Assembly (NCBI GenBank): GCA_964016885.1
Contig: OZ024741.1
Location: 110,980,001-111,044,000, forward strand
Reading direction: 5' to 3'
Source of the DNA: Eledone cirrhosa
Lineage: Eukaryota
Length of the DNA: 64,000 nucleotides
Shown piece after piece: positions 12,931-24,697 of the stretch. Under the pieces are notes generated by a model. It did no database searches. It was given only the letters and a program-made list of their open reading frames with translations, and was not told the origin of the DNA. The number at the start of each line of letters is the position of its first letter. Position 1 is the stretch's first letter. The translations under genes and the position numbers were made by a program.

Positions 12931-13442
12931 ATATTATTATTAATATTTGAAAAACTCAGATTACATTTATAGTATTTAGCCATGTAGAGCGATCATTATT
13001 TTATTTTTATTTCATTTGAATATGGCAAAGCCGGCCATTAATTGCTCGTATACAGGAAACTGACAGGCCTGTCTGCTGATATGCAAATCTGGCTGATCAG
13101 TGGATCTGTTAATATGCAGATCTGACTGATCAGCCAGTCTGCTAATATGCAAATCAGGCCGATCAGTCACTGTATATTTTAGAAAATATCATATATTTTC
13201 ACTAGCTCTGACAGTTGGCAGGTGAACAGTGAGCTGTGCTGATGAAGGGTAATACCCAGAAACATTAGTGTCTACAGTTCTGTTTACGTGCCAACACAAG
13301 AGCAAGAATAAGGGGCTCACTCTACTGACATGGCTTTAAAAAAGAAGCTTGTTTGCATAATTGCAAACTAATCGAATATTATTATTAATATTCAAAAAAC
13401 TCAGATTACATTTATTGTATTCTGCCATGTAGAGCGATAATT
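12931..13442 (+). mobile_element. Retrozyme-like non-autonomous element (terminal direct repeat at 445-bp spacing enclosing a hammerhead)
   Basis: ~67-bp direct repeat atattattattaatatt...gccatgtagagcgat at 12931 and 13376, with a hammerhead at 13222-13287. Confidence 0.6.
13222..13287 (+). ncRNA. Type I hammerhead ribozyme motif
   Basis: Stem I gagctgtg/tacagttc, extended by gtgaaca/tgtttac. Core CTGATGA; stem II gggt-aat-accc; GAAA; near-palindromic stem III cattagtg; GTC cleavage triplet. Confidence 0.75.
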
Positions 13443-13476
13443 TAAAAAAAATATATGTATGTATATATATATATAT

Positions 13477-14105
13477 AGAAGTGGTGGATAGCTTCCGGTA
13501 CCTAGGAGATCAGATTAGCATGGGAGGGGGTGTTCCGAGGTCATAGTATCTAGATTAAGGTCGGGTTGGAGGAAGTTTAGGGAGCTGCTTCCTCTGCTGA
13601 CGAAGAAGGGTTTCTCCCTGCATACGAAAGGCCGGTTATATGATGCCTGTGTGAGTAGTGCGATGCTGCATGGTAGTGAGACATGGGCAGCAACTGCAGA
13701 GGATATGCGACGGCTAGAGAGAAATGAGGCAAGCCTGCTCCGTTGGATGTGCAATGTCAATGTGCGTGAACGACCCAGCATAAATGTGTTGAGAGAGAAA
13801 CTGTGTCGGAGAGGGATAGAATGTAGTGTGCGAGAGAGGAGACTGCGGTGGTATGGACATGTGATGCGCATGGAGGATGACCGATGGGTGAAGAAGTGCC
13901 AGGAAATGCCAGTTGAAGGAAGACATGGTAGAGGTAGACCATGAAAAACATGGGCGGAGGTGGTGAGAACAGACCTCAGATCGCTGAAGCTCACGGTGGA
14001 GATGACGAAGGACCGTGACAAGTGGAGAGATGCTGTGCTGAATAAGACCCGTCCCACCCTTGCAAGCAGGGAAAAGCGGACGTAAAATGATGATGATGAT
14101 GATGA
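13477..14105 (+). mobile_element. 5'-truncated RTE-like LINE
   Basis: EVVDSFRYLGD...MLHGSETWA...RLRWYGHVMRM...GRP, short 3' UTR and (TGA)n tail. Confidence 0.88.
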
Positions 14106-16147
14106 TATATATAATCATTTTATGTCCACCACATATATATATATGTATTGGGGGTGTATATGAAAGCATATACCATATATTTATATACAAAAACATATGG
14201 GAGCTTCGCTGTCAAAGAAAAAAATATTTTTGTTATAAAAAAACTTTTTTGTGCCTTTTGTTCCATGTCACAGATATCTCAGTAGCTGTTGAAAATGCCA
14301 GACAACTGTTTCAAAATTCGTTAATTTCTCATCAATGACATTCACTCAATCAGTACTGAGATGAAAACAGACTAAAGCTATATAGATTTTGTGTGATGAA
14401 CATTTGCTGGATGTGCTCATTTGCATATAGCAACTAGAAAACATCATCAGGAAATGCTCATTTGCATACAGTGTAAACTTGGCTGGAAGGGCATCCGGCT
14501 TTTAAAAATTGACCCAAAGCATCCTATCCAACCCATACCAGCATCAAAGCAGGGTCACAAGCTGGGGGGTTCACATTTTACTTTCATAGAGTTCTGTGTT
14601 CTACCAATTACATTTTATAGTGGCACAAGCACTAGAGAGGTTATCATATCTTTGACACAACTGGCGGGTCCTTCCAACTTATTGTTTGGAAGGCTTACTA
14701 CAGCTGGATGCCCTTCTTAACACCAACCATGCTCTAAAGAGCATGTACTGGATGCGTTTATTATATAGATGACCAATACTAGGTAGGTGTAAAAATGATG
14801 ACGACGATTTGTGGTTTATGTTTGAACATTTGTTTTAACACAGAATGGACCTCCTACAAATAGCCACTTGTAAGAGGTCCTACACTTGTGAATTAGCAGC
14901 TAATTCTCTGGTAAGTTAGACTGACAAAAGCATTCATGAAGCTTACAGTACAATTACTTTGTATAGTTTAAATTCCTGACAATAATACTATGTAATCTGT
15001 AACCTTTTTTCAATTATGTATTGTCAAAAGTTCTTCACCATAAGCTTAACTAGTAACTTAAAACCTAATGTACTGTTTGTATTGCATGAAGTCACATTAG
15101 TAGAACATTTTTAAAAAGTATAAAACAGCACTATCTATAGTAAAGACACTATAAACATTTGAATAATTATTTAGACATTTTCTGCTCAATCATTACAGGA
15201 TGTTAAGACTTAATATCTATAAAAAATCTTTTTTTTTCCAGCCATATCCGACCAGTATCCTCTCTCCTTTTTCTGTTCAAACCAGTTGTAACTGGCTGCT
15301 CATGCTGATGTTAAGGTATTGTTCTCAAAATAAATAACATCAATATCTCATAGATTCAATGTTATGTGAGGTAAAAGCCTTTACCATGAAAATATAATAG
15401 TAAATATAGAGTAATGTAAAGGCTAAAGGGTTAAACTACATACTGTTACACACAGGGAGAGATATTCTATAAAGCAAATCCAGACACCGATAAGAATATC
15501 TCCCTTTTTAAAAAGAGAGAAAAAAAAAAGAAAAATTGCATAGTTTTGCTTTTTATAAAAAAAAAAATATATATATATTTTAGGCTGCTCTCCAGTCTAC
15601 TGATTTTTGTTTTTCCATAGCATTTTCTCCCTTGTTTATTTTTAGATTTTCAACATCCCAAGAGGGAGATTTTGTTTAATAATTGCTTCAATAATCTCAG
15701 TTAATCAAATACATCTTGGTGTATTTGTATGACATATATCCAAGTTTTTAGAATGTCGTAAAAGGTAACTAATAGTGTTGGTGTCAGGAAGGGCATCCAG
15801 CTGTAAACATTTCTCAAAACATTCCATCCAAACAATACTAGCATAGAGAAGTGGATTATAATGTTGATTAATGTAAAAATGCTTTGCTATTTGATAGGTA
15901 ACATTAAGTTAACATACATATATTTCGGCTTTTGTTTCATTTGCTTTAAAAGAAATTTGATCTAAGATCCTATGTTGAAACTAAAACAGTTTCATTGCAG
16001 TGTAGTAATTTTGACTCATTAAGCCATTTGTGACTGTATTTCTAAAGAAATAAACTGCTTGTGTACCAATTAATTTTTAACATTTGAAGAATTTAATGAA
16101 ATAACTAGCCTTTTCATTAGCAAGTTAATATTTGAAACATTACTTAA

Positions 16148-16368
16148 TCCTTTAGCATTTAAACCAGTCGTACTTGGCCAGAATTCTCTCACCACTTTCT
16201 GTTCAAATTGGCTGTAACTAGCTGCTCATACTTATGTTAAGGTATTGTTCTCAAAATAAATAACATCAAAATCTTGTAGATTCAATATTATATGACATAA
16301 TTATGTAAGGTAAAGTGTTTACCATGAAAATATAATAGTATATATAGAGTAATGTAAATGCTAAAGGG
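16148..16368. mobile_element. piggyBac-like MITE (TTAA-flanked, CCCTTTAGCATTT TIR)
   Basis: ttaa-tcctttagcattt...aaatgctaaaggg-ttaa. Homologous to 29864-30068 and to a partial copy at ~15238-15430. Confidence 0.75.
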
Positions 16369-16909
16369 TTAACCAAAATTTTATAAATAAAATTATGAAG
16401 CAAAAAAAGAAGGATGAAGAAGATTATAATAGAAGGCCTTGATATAAGAATGTACATTTTAAGATGAGCATTTAAATATTATATCAGAGTGGTTTCAGGC
16501 AGGTTGTTATCAAAAGGGTTAAATATCATGTGTATTGTTATATCCACCTTATTCTTATACTCTAAATAGTACATAGAACGAACTATCAAATTCATTCACC
16601 ATTCACATCTACTATATCTCTATTTTTATTCATTTGTTTAAACTAATTATGTTTCCATTGTGATTACTTTTGTTTCCTTTCCATCATTAAATATCTACTA
16701 AAAATCTATTTTTATACAATAAGATTTTTATTTATTTATTATTCTTTCACCAACAGATTTATGAAACATTATGCAAAGATTAGCAACTGGCAAATGAGAC
16801 TGGCAAAATGTTCTTGATAACTATCCTTTGTTTGAACAATAGGAAACATTGAAAGAATGTTGAATTACAAAAAATGAGCTAAAGTTGTTTATTCATATAA
16901 CTTAATAAA

Positions 16910-17188
16910 AGTTTGCTCTAAGCCAAAGTCTCATCAGGCCGGTGCTTATCCCTGGTTTCTTTGGTGCTAAATGACTGAGAGTACAAGACTCTCCCTGCAC
17001 AGGATCCCAGTCTATCTCAGGATTAACTCCACAGGTACTGCTGATACTCACTCTCAGCTGAGTGTTACAGGAGCAATGTGAAATAAAGTAGTTTTGCTCA
17101 AGAATACAATGCAGCACCCTGTCCAGGAATTGAACCGACAACATTATGATCGTAAGTCCAACATACTCACCATTAGACCATGCGGCTT
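16910..17188 (-). mobile_element. CORE-like tRNA-derived SINE (older copy)
   Basis: Reverse complement has a tggtctaatgg A-box, a gttcaattcc B-box and a ttcttgagcaaaac...atttcacattgctcc core. Confidence 0.65.
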
Positions 17189-17197
17189 GATAACTTA

Positions 17198-17395
17198 ACC
17201 CTTTTGTTATTATATTTCTACTGAAAGACACTTTTGAAATATCCAATATTTTGGAGGCATATAGTAAAATAACTAACAATCTCATTAATGATAAAAATTA
17301 TGATGGAAGGTTTGAAGATAAATATAAAAACTTTAAAATAGTTTTGTATTATATATAAACCAGGGGTGGTTTCAGGCAATTTGGTATTGAAAGGG
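17198..17395. mobile_element. Second TTAA-flanked MITE family (CCCTTT TIR)
   Basis: ttaa-cccttttg...gaaaggg-ttaa. Related right ends occur at ~16517 and ~17730. Confidence 0.55.
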
Positions 17396-17433
17396 TTAAC
17401 AAAATATGATACTAATAAACATTATGATGGAAG

Positions 17434-17623
17434 TAGGGCGGTGGATTGGCAGTATTGGTAGAGGGTCGGACGCCATGCTTTGCAGCAAAGAGTTACGTCC
17501 CTTTATGGTCTGAGTTCAAATCCCGCCAAGGTTAACTTTGCCTTTCATCCTTACAGGGTCAATAAAATAAAGCACCAGTAATACACTGGGATAATTGCTG
17601 GCCTTGTGCCAAATGTAGAAACA
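17434..17623 (+). mobile_element. tRNA-derived SINE, second family, with TSD
   Basis: tggcagtattggtagag...gagttcaaatccc...gcctttcatccttacagggtcaataaaa, flanked by duplicated attatgatggaag. Confidence 0.8.
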
Positions 17624-17917
17624 ATTATGATGGAAGGTTTTAAGATAAATATAAAAAAACTTTAGAATAAACAGTTTTGTATTGTAAACCAGGTGGGGGA
17701 AGGGGTTCAGACGATTTGGTATTGAAAGGGTTAAAGAAACATGGCTCTCAGTTTTCCTAGAATCATATGAACCAGAGATTGGCCTGTTGGATACTATTGT
17801 TCATTGATTGTAATAAAAAGTAAATAAATAAGTATATTTCAAAATCAATCTTTCTAAGGAATAGGTCCTACCATACTAATACAGTCATAAGACTCCACAA
17901 AATACTGTGTTAATAGT

Positions 17918-18455
17918 ATTTTCTTTTTTTTTTAAGTCAGAGAACTTTATTCCACATGCCACTGCCATAAAGGAAATTTAAAAGTCAGTCTGCCTCATAG
18001 TCTTGGTGAACAGGATGAAGGAGGCATTGCTTCAGAGGATGGCATGGGAGACATGCTGGAACAGCCACTCCCACCCATGGGGCTTGCACTTGAGGGTAGT
18101 CAGTTTTGCTCCAATAACTGTGAATAGGGATGTGATCTGGGGACCAAGAATGCTGGAAGTCTCCACTGCCACAAGCTCAACTACAAACCTAACAGAGGGT
18201 GGCCGATAATTTGGCAGTTTGCCCTCTTCTGCCTGGTAGGCAGTGAAGCTAGAGAAGGTGTCGCATCATTTAATATCCCAGGTGAGGGGCCTACCACTGC
18301 AGAATGGGAAAATTGTAATGCTGTCTGGCCTTTTTCTGCCCCCTCGGTCCTGTCTCACTGGCTCGAGCTGGGAAGGGAAATCTGCAGCATCCAGGCAATG
18401 CTTTATAATCTCGTTGAGAGCAGCATGGTTTGGGAGGCACCCAGCTCTATGGTTC
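17918..18455 (-). mobile_element. 5'-truncated CRE-like RLE retrotransposon fragment with poly(A)
   Basis: My minus-strand translation gives HAALNEIIKHCLDAADFPSQLEP...RKRPDSITIFP...PLTWD...VAVETS..LG...WLFQHVS...NA, which is the RLE domain. T-run at ~17918-17933. Confidence 0.75.
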
Positions 18456-20984
18456 TCTTTTTCTATTGAGTAAGGTTTTATATAATTTTATCAACATCAT
18501 GTTACAATATTTACAGGACCTAAATAAAAACTATTCTCTGTGTTAGCAATATCAAGTAGATTTAAAAAAATTATAAATGATGCTTCAATAAATAAATAAG
18601 TTGATTGAATTCATTCTTTGACTGATATTTATTATTTTTCAGAATTGTAATGATGGTAAAATGCGCCTAGTCCACTCTGTAAGGTCAAATTTGCTTTGCA
18701 TCCTTTTGAAGTCAATAAAAATAGCCCAGTCTAGTACTGGGAGTCGATTCTTTACATCTCTTTTTCACTTCCTCTTTCTCTCTCACTCTCTCCCTCCCTC
18801 TCTCTCACCTTCTCACTCTCTCACTAGAATAAATCAGCTGTGTTCAGATATGGAGATGGAATGAGCTCTGCCAGGTTTTAAAAAATGTCCATAACACTCT
18901 GTATCTCACCATGGTGTCCCTATGACTTCATCAGAAGTTAGGGTTCATACATACATACAAACATCAAGTGATGAATGATCACCATTATCATCATCATCTC
19001 AGAACATTTGAAGGATTCTAAAGATCTCAAAATTGGCAACAATAGATCATTCACCATCATATTTGTTGTTTTAATGCCTGCTTTCTCTGCTAGCAGCATT
19101 ATTGAATATATTTAAATTCTAGACCCCAAGATGCCATATATACCAGCATTACATACAAACTGGAAATTTGCATTTTGATAAGTTAATGTTTTACATGAGC
19201 GAAAGCCTATAGTTAATGTTAATTATAGACACATGAAAGGGATTAAATATAATAATGATAATTTAATAATTTATTTCTAGGATATAATTACATAAATATT
19301 CAGCATATATCTACAAATGACTTATATGATGGGTAACTTTGGAGAAATAACTATTTACAAGGAGAAATATAGGGTTAGAACACAGAACCTTGTGACTGGA
19401 ATTTGAACTTCTCCCCATAACAAAATGACTGAAATAGGAAATGCATTTTGTGTATGTTTGAGTGTGTAAATTTTAAAACGTTACAGATGAAGATATATAT
19501 AAATATACAAACATATGTGGGGTATTATTATAGTGGATACTAGAATTTATTTATAAAAACTTGACATTAACATTAAAACAGTGCACTTAAAAAATTATGC
19601 TTTAATTGGCCTCTAAGCCTCTAAGTAACTACTTCCTTTTCATATGATATTCAGCAACACTTGAAATATTTATGGTTTTATTTTTGAAAAGACTGGTTTC
19701 GACAATGATTTAAGAGCAATTCAAATAATCAAATGTTTGTTTAAATAAATAAAGGAAATATTTTTTTTTTAAATGAAGCCTCAGTATTTGATTGGTGATA
19801 AATTTATCAATCTTAGTATAATGAAAAAAATGCTGGCAAATTGGCAGAGTTATTAGAACATCAGATAGAATGTTTTGCAGAATTAATTCTGGCTCTCTAC
19901 ACCCTCTGATAATGCTGCTGAGATCGACTTTGCCTTACCAGTCCAGTACTAGGGGTAATTCTTCTGCTGTATCTCTTTTTCACTCTCCTTTTCTAGAAAA
20001 ACTATTGGCTTTGTTCAGACTTGGAAAGGGGATGGGCTATGCCAAGTTAAAGGTGCTCAAGACTTGTCATATATTATGACGCCACTCCTATCACATCTAA
20101 TGAGAAACGAAAACAGCAACAACAAAAAGAATTAGAACATTTTCAGGAAGTGGGTTTTAATGGAAAACAAATATTTTAAAAAGAAAAAAAGGAAATAACA
20201 CATGTAGGGTAAATTGAGTTAACTATAATATTGAGTCAAGTATTAGGGTTGATTTAATTGACTTTCCTCTCTCCTCAAATTGCTGACCTTATGCCTAAAT
20301 TAGAAATCATAATATTCATTAAAAAAAAATGTACTTTATTTCACTTTCAACTTGAATCAAATCAAAAGCTACATTTTTATCAATTTATCTTTGCATGTAT
20401 GTATGTGTATGTGTGTAGACTGGCAATATGCCATAATATAAAAGACCTGTCCAGCTGTACAAGTGATGCTAAATGTAAATGTGGGGAGCTAAATGTAAAT
20501 TGGAAGATACAGTGTTTCGGCAATGTAGGATCTAAGAGTACTCTTCAGTTTAGATGATCATGTGACAACCACTCGTGCTGGTACCATGATAAAACACCAA
20601 GTCTATCCAGTAAAATGGTATTGAAAGTGCCATGATAAAATTCACCCAGTACACTCTGTAAAGTGGTAGTTTTGTGCTACAAAACACACACACAGTACAC
20701 CCTATCAGGTGGTCGACGTTTGGAATGGCATCCAACTATAGAAACCATGCCAAATATTGAACATATGAGCGAGATAAGGTCACTTTGATCTGTCTGGTCT
20801 TGTACTATTAAACTATTACAACCCATCCAATCCATGTCAGTGTGGAAAAACAATGTAAAAAAATAGATGTAAAAACAATGACTATATATATATCCATGTG
20901 TGTGTGTATATGTGATGTGTATATATATATATATATATACTGGCCACATGATGGTTCTTAGCCATTTTGAATTCATTTCTGGCA

Positions 20985-21395
20985 GGGATCATGGTAGAAG
21001 AATCTTAGTCCAGTCTGGGGTATCTCCTGATGAGTTCCGAGCTTCGTGGATTTATCCAAGACCGGATATATCCAAAAAGTGGAACGAAACTACTGGTTTC
21101 TTTGGACTTACATTTTTATAAATTGCTCTGATTAATAATTATTTAATAATTCTTCATTGAGCCACACCGTGAATGGTTGCCAAATGCATATATGTATCTG
21201 TGACTTTGAATTTAATATATACTCCTGTAAGGTTGAGTAAAACTTTAGGTAGTATTTGGCTGCGATTTGGCGGGGATCATGGTAGAAGAATCTTAGTCCA
21301 GTCTGGGGTATCTCCTGATGCATTCCGAACCTCGTGGATTTATCCAAGACCTGATATATCCAAAAAGTGAAACAAAACCACCGGTTGGTAGAGAC
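20985..21395 (+). mobile_element. Retrozyme-like direct repeat (288-bp period) with hammerhead motifs
   Basis: A ~115-bp block repeats at 20985 and 21273. Copy 1 has tatctc-CTGATGA-gttcc..ggaac-GAAA. Copy 2 has cca-ccggt-tgg-TA-gagac. Confidence 0.65.
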
Positions 21396-21749
21396 GATGA
21401 GAATTTTGGTAATATTTATGTGCATTTTTTCTTCTAATTTCTATTTTGTACCTAATTCCGTCTGGTTAACTATTTGACTAGTCAATTTCTACAGGCTAGG
21501 AGAAATACTAGGTAAATGTCATATGGTTGTACATTGCAAAAAAGAATCTGTATAATTTTACTCTTTTACTCTTTTACCTCTCCAGCCATCCGGCTGAGGC
21601 CATGCTGGGGCACGTCTATTATTTCTTCATAAGTACATTTTAATCTTATAGCCTCATTTAAATGATTTTTTGTGTGGTTAATTTATACTGATTGGGAGAG
21701 GAAATACTGTATATATTTTATCTAATGATTCTTTGGACTTAAATTTTTA

Positions 21750-22067
21750 GGGGTTAGAGCATTGGCCTTGCAATCGAAAGGTTGTGAGTTCAATTCTCGG
21801 ACCGGGTGAGGTGTTGTTTCCTTGAGCAAGACACTTTATTTCACATTGCTCCAGTTTACTCAGCTGTAGAAATGAGATCATAGGGTCCCTATCATTCCAC
21901 TGCAGAGTGGTCGTGGAGGTGCCATGGCAAAAAAGCACCCAGCACTCACTGTAAATAAGGTTGGTGTTAGGAAGGGCATCCAGCTGTAGAAATCAAGCCA
22001 GAATCAGTTCGCGTCCCACCCTTGCAAGCAAGGAAAAGCGGACGTAAAATGACGATGATGATGATGA
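21750..22067 (+). mobile_element. CORE-like SINE with RTE-derived tail
   Basis: Near-identical to the copy at 10438-10775; (TGA)n tail. Confidence 0.85.
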
Positions 22068-22084
22068 TATATATATATATATAT

Positions 22085-22199
22085 ATAGGAAAAGAGTCAG
22101 GACCCCGACGACTGAGCTCTGGCCATTTCGACAGCTAGTTCAGAACTAGCTGTCGAAATGGCCAGAGCTCAGCCATCGGGATCCTGACTCTTTTCCTAT
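22085..22199. repeat. 115-bp foldback palindrome
   Basis: ataggaaaagagtcagga...ctagttc-a-gaactag...tcctgactcttttcctat. The right arm has gacagc/gctgtc followed by GAAA. Confidence 0.85.
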
Positions 22200-22829
22200 T
22201 ACCCACGCTACTACTCAAAGTATCGAGTACTCTGGTGCATTATGGTCCACCTGGCTCCTTACCGCACTTCCTTCATTATATATATATATTTATAAATGTG
22301 TGTATATACATATGTGCATATATATGTATATATATTTATTTATTCAATTTAAACGTCTGTTTAGAGCTAGTAAGCCATGACATACTCTGGGAAGTACCGA
22401 GTAGTAATCAAAAAGAGTTAGTGAGACAAGTAATAAAAAACAAAATTAAAAAAATAAAAACAAAATAAAATAAATAAATAAATAAAAAAATAAAATAAAA
22501 ATTTAAAAAGAGAAAAGGGGAAAAAATAAAATAACAAAAATAACATTTGAAATATTGCATAAGAAAACGAAAAAGAAAAGAGGAAACAATGGAAGCTGTA
22601 AAACAGCTAGAAGTTTCTGTTGAATCTTTTCGTAGCTTCCATGTATTCAAAAATTTTGTTTATATTTGGTAGAGCTGTAATCATATATTGAACTTCCAAT
22701 TTTGGTAGTTTTTTAAAGATTAGTTTCAGCATGAATTAGTTTCAGTCTTTCAGACTGATAGTTTCTACATTGGAACAAATAGTGCAAAAGAGTTTCTGGA
22801 CGAGGTGTTAAACTTTCATTACATTTATT

Positions 22830-22922
22830 GAGGTGTGATGCGCGTTTCGCGATTGATCAGCTCAAGGTCCAATCTGTATTGATCAGGCCCGACTCTGGAA
22901 TCAAAAGCTCATCAGACTTTTG
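22830..22922 (-). ncRNA. Hammerhead-like motif with long stem II
   Basis: Minus strand reads gt-CTGATGA-gcttttgatt...gatcaatcgc-GAAA-cgcgca-TC-ac, followed by aataaa. Confidence 0.55.
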
Positions 22923-23007
22923 TTATATATGTATCATCATCATCATCATCATTTTACGTCCGCTTTTCCCTGCTTGCAAGTATATATATATATATATATG
23001 TATATAT

Positions 23008-23299
23008 TTAATTCTCAGACCGGGTGATGTGTTGTTTCCTTGAGCAAGACACTTTATTTCACATTGCTCCAGTTTACTCAGCTGTAGAAATGAGATGATA
23101 GGGACTGGGGTCCATATCATTCCACTGCAAAGTGGTCGTGGAGGTGCCACGGCAAAAAAGCACCCAGCACTCACTGTAAATGAGGTTGGTGTTAGGAAGG
23201 GCATCCAGCTGTAGAAATCAAGCCAGCATCAGTTCCCGTCCCACCCTTGCAAGCAGGGAAAAAGCGGACGTAAAATGAAATGATGATGATGATGATGAT
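23008..23299 (+). mobile_element. 5'-truncated CORE-like SINE with RTE tail
   Basis: Matches 10438-10775 from the B-box onward; (TGA)n tail. Confidence 0.85.
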
Positions 23300-23302
23300 A
23301 TA

Positions 23303-24572
23303 CAGGGTGCGGACGATATTTGTTCGCAAGATTACTGTCTAGGAAAAAAAATAATGCAGTAGTTTTATTTTTTAAGATATATTTATCAAACTTGGGTCAG
23401 TTTGTCTTCATGACTTGTTCTTTCGATCTCACTCGATAAACCTGCCATTGGCTTTGATGACGGCCTCAAGGCGGCCTCGGAACCGGCTACAGGCCTTCGT
23501 CACTGTCCCCCGACTTAGGCCCCTAAAAGCACTTGTGATCCTGGCCTTCAGATCGTCTTTCGTATTGCAGCTAGATCTGTTGGTGTCTCATTCCACTGCG
23601 CCCGCGCCCCACACAGAGAAGTCGAGGGGGTTGCAGTCAGGCGAGCTGGGAGGCCAGATGTCAGGTGAAGTGTGGTCGACGAAGTTCTCTGACAGCCAGG
23701 CTTGGGTCTTTCGGCTGGTATGGCAGGGCGCTGAGTCTTGCTGCCACACGTACGGCCTACCTGCAGCTACCTGGTCGATCCAGGGCTTTACTACCTCGCT
23801 CAGAACGCGGATGAAGAAGTGAGGTGGCATGACGTCACCTTGACTGCTGATGACACCTAAGACCAATGTTGTCGCTGGAAACTTTGTCTGCATGACTCTG
23901 GGCAGTCTTTGGATGAGACAGCGAGCCACCTGTTGTTCTGGGAGTTGATCATCTGGTCTTGGCAGAAGTTTTCTCGTCGGAGAAAAACCACAGCATGTCT
24001 GGCTCCAGTGGGTGTTTCAACTTGTTGATCAGCTTCTTTGTGTGCTTCAGTCGCTTTTCTTGCATCGCCTTTGACAGAAATTGTCCTTTCCTCATCTTGT
24101 ATGAAACGTAGCGAATGTCTTCATGTACCACCAGCCTAATGAGCTTTTCATCCATGCCTTTCTCTCTTGCAATGGCACACATCGACTTGCTAGGTTCATA
24201 TCCTGAACTTCAGCGACGAACTCGGGTGTTCTGAAGGCGTCAGATCGTTGATCATGTGTTTTCCTCTCTGATGTTGCTTCGTAGTCGAATCCTGAATCTT
24301 TCAATTCCTTTCTGACCTTTTCCACCATTCTCCTGCTGACGCTGAGAAAGTCTGAAATTTCCTTATTTGTCCTCCCGGTGCGGATTCCAAGAAGGACTCC
24401 GTGTCTCTTCCACAAATTTGGAGGTTCAAAATTATTCATAATCAATTATTCTGAAAATAAATAATGGAAATATAGTCACTGTTTTTATGAAGACAAGAGT
24501 GACAATGGAAGTAAAAAAAATTTGCATAAAATTAGCAGTTGAAAATTGCAAACAAATATTGTCCACACCCTG
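23303..24572 (-). mobile_element. Tc1/mariner DD37D (maT) transposon, frameshifted transposase, TA TSD
   Basis: TIRs cagggtgcggacgatatttgttcgcaa / ttgcaaacaaatattgtccacaccctg with TA on both sides. Motifs FSDEK, WQQDSAPCH and WPPSSPDCNPLD, with 37 residues between the last two catalytic Asp. Confidence 0.92.
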
Positions 24573-24697
24573 TAGTGCAAGTATATATATATATATATAG
24601 TGTAGTGAATTATATATATATATATAGTGTAGTGAATTTCATTAAAAAAATTTATATCCAAAGTTGGTAGAACACTCAGTCAAAAAGACGAGTTGTA

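Noticed and set aside
18003-18473. Plus-strand ORFs as a host gene
   Set aside because: They are antisense to a CRE RLE remnant.
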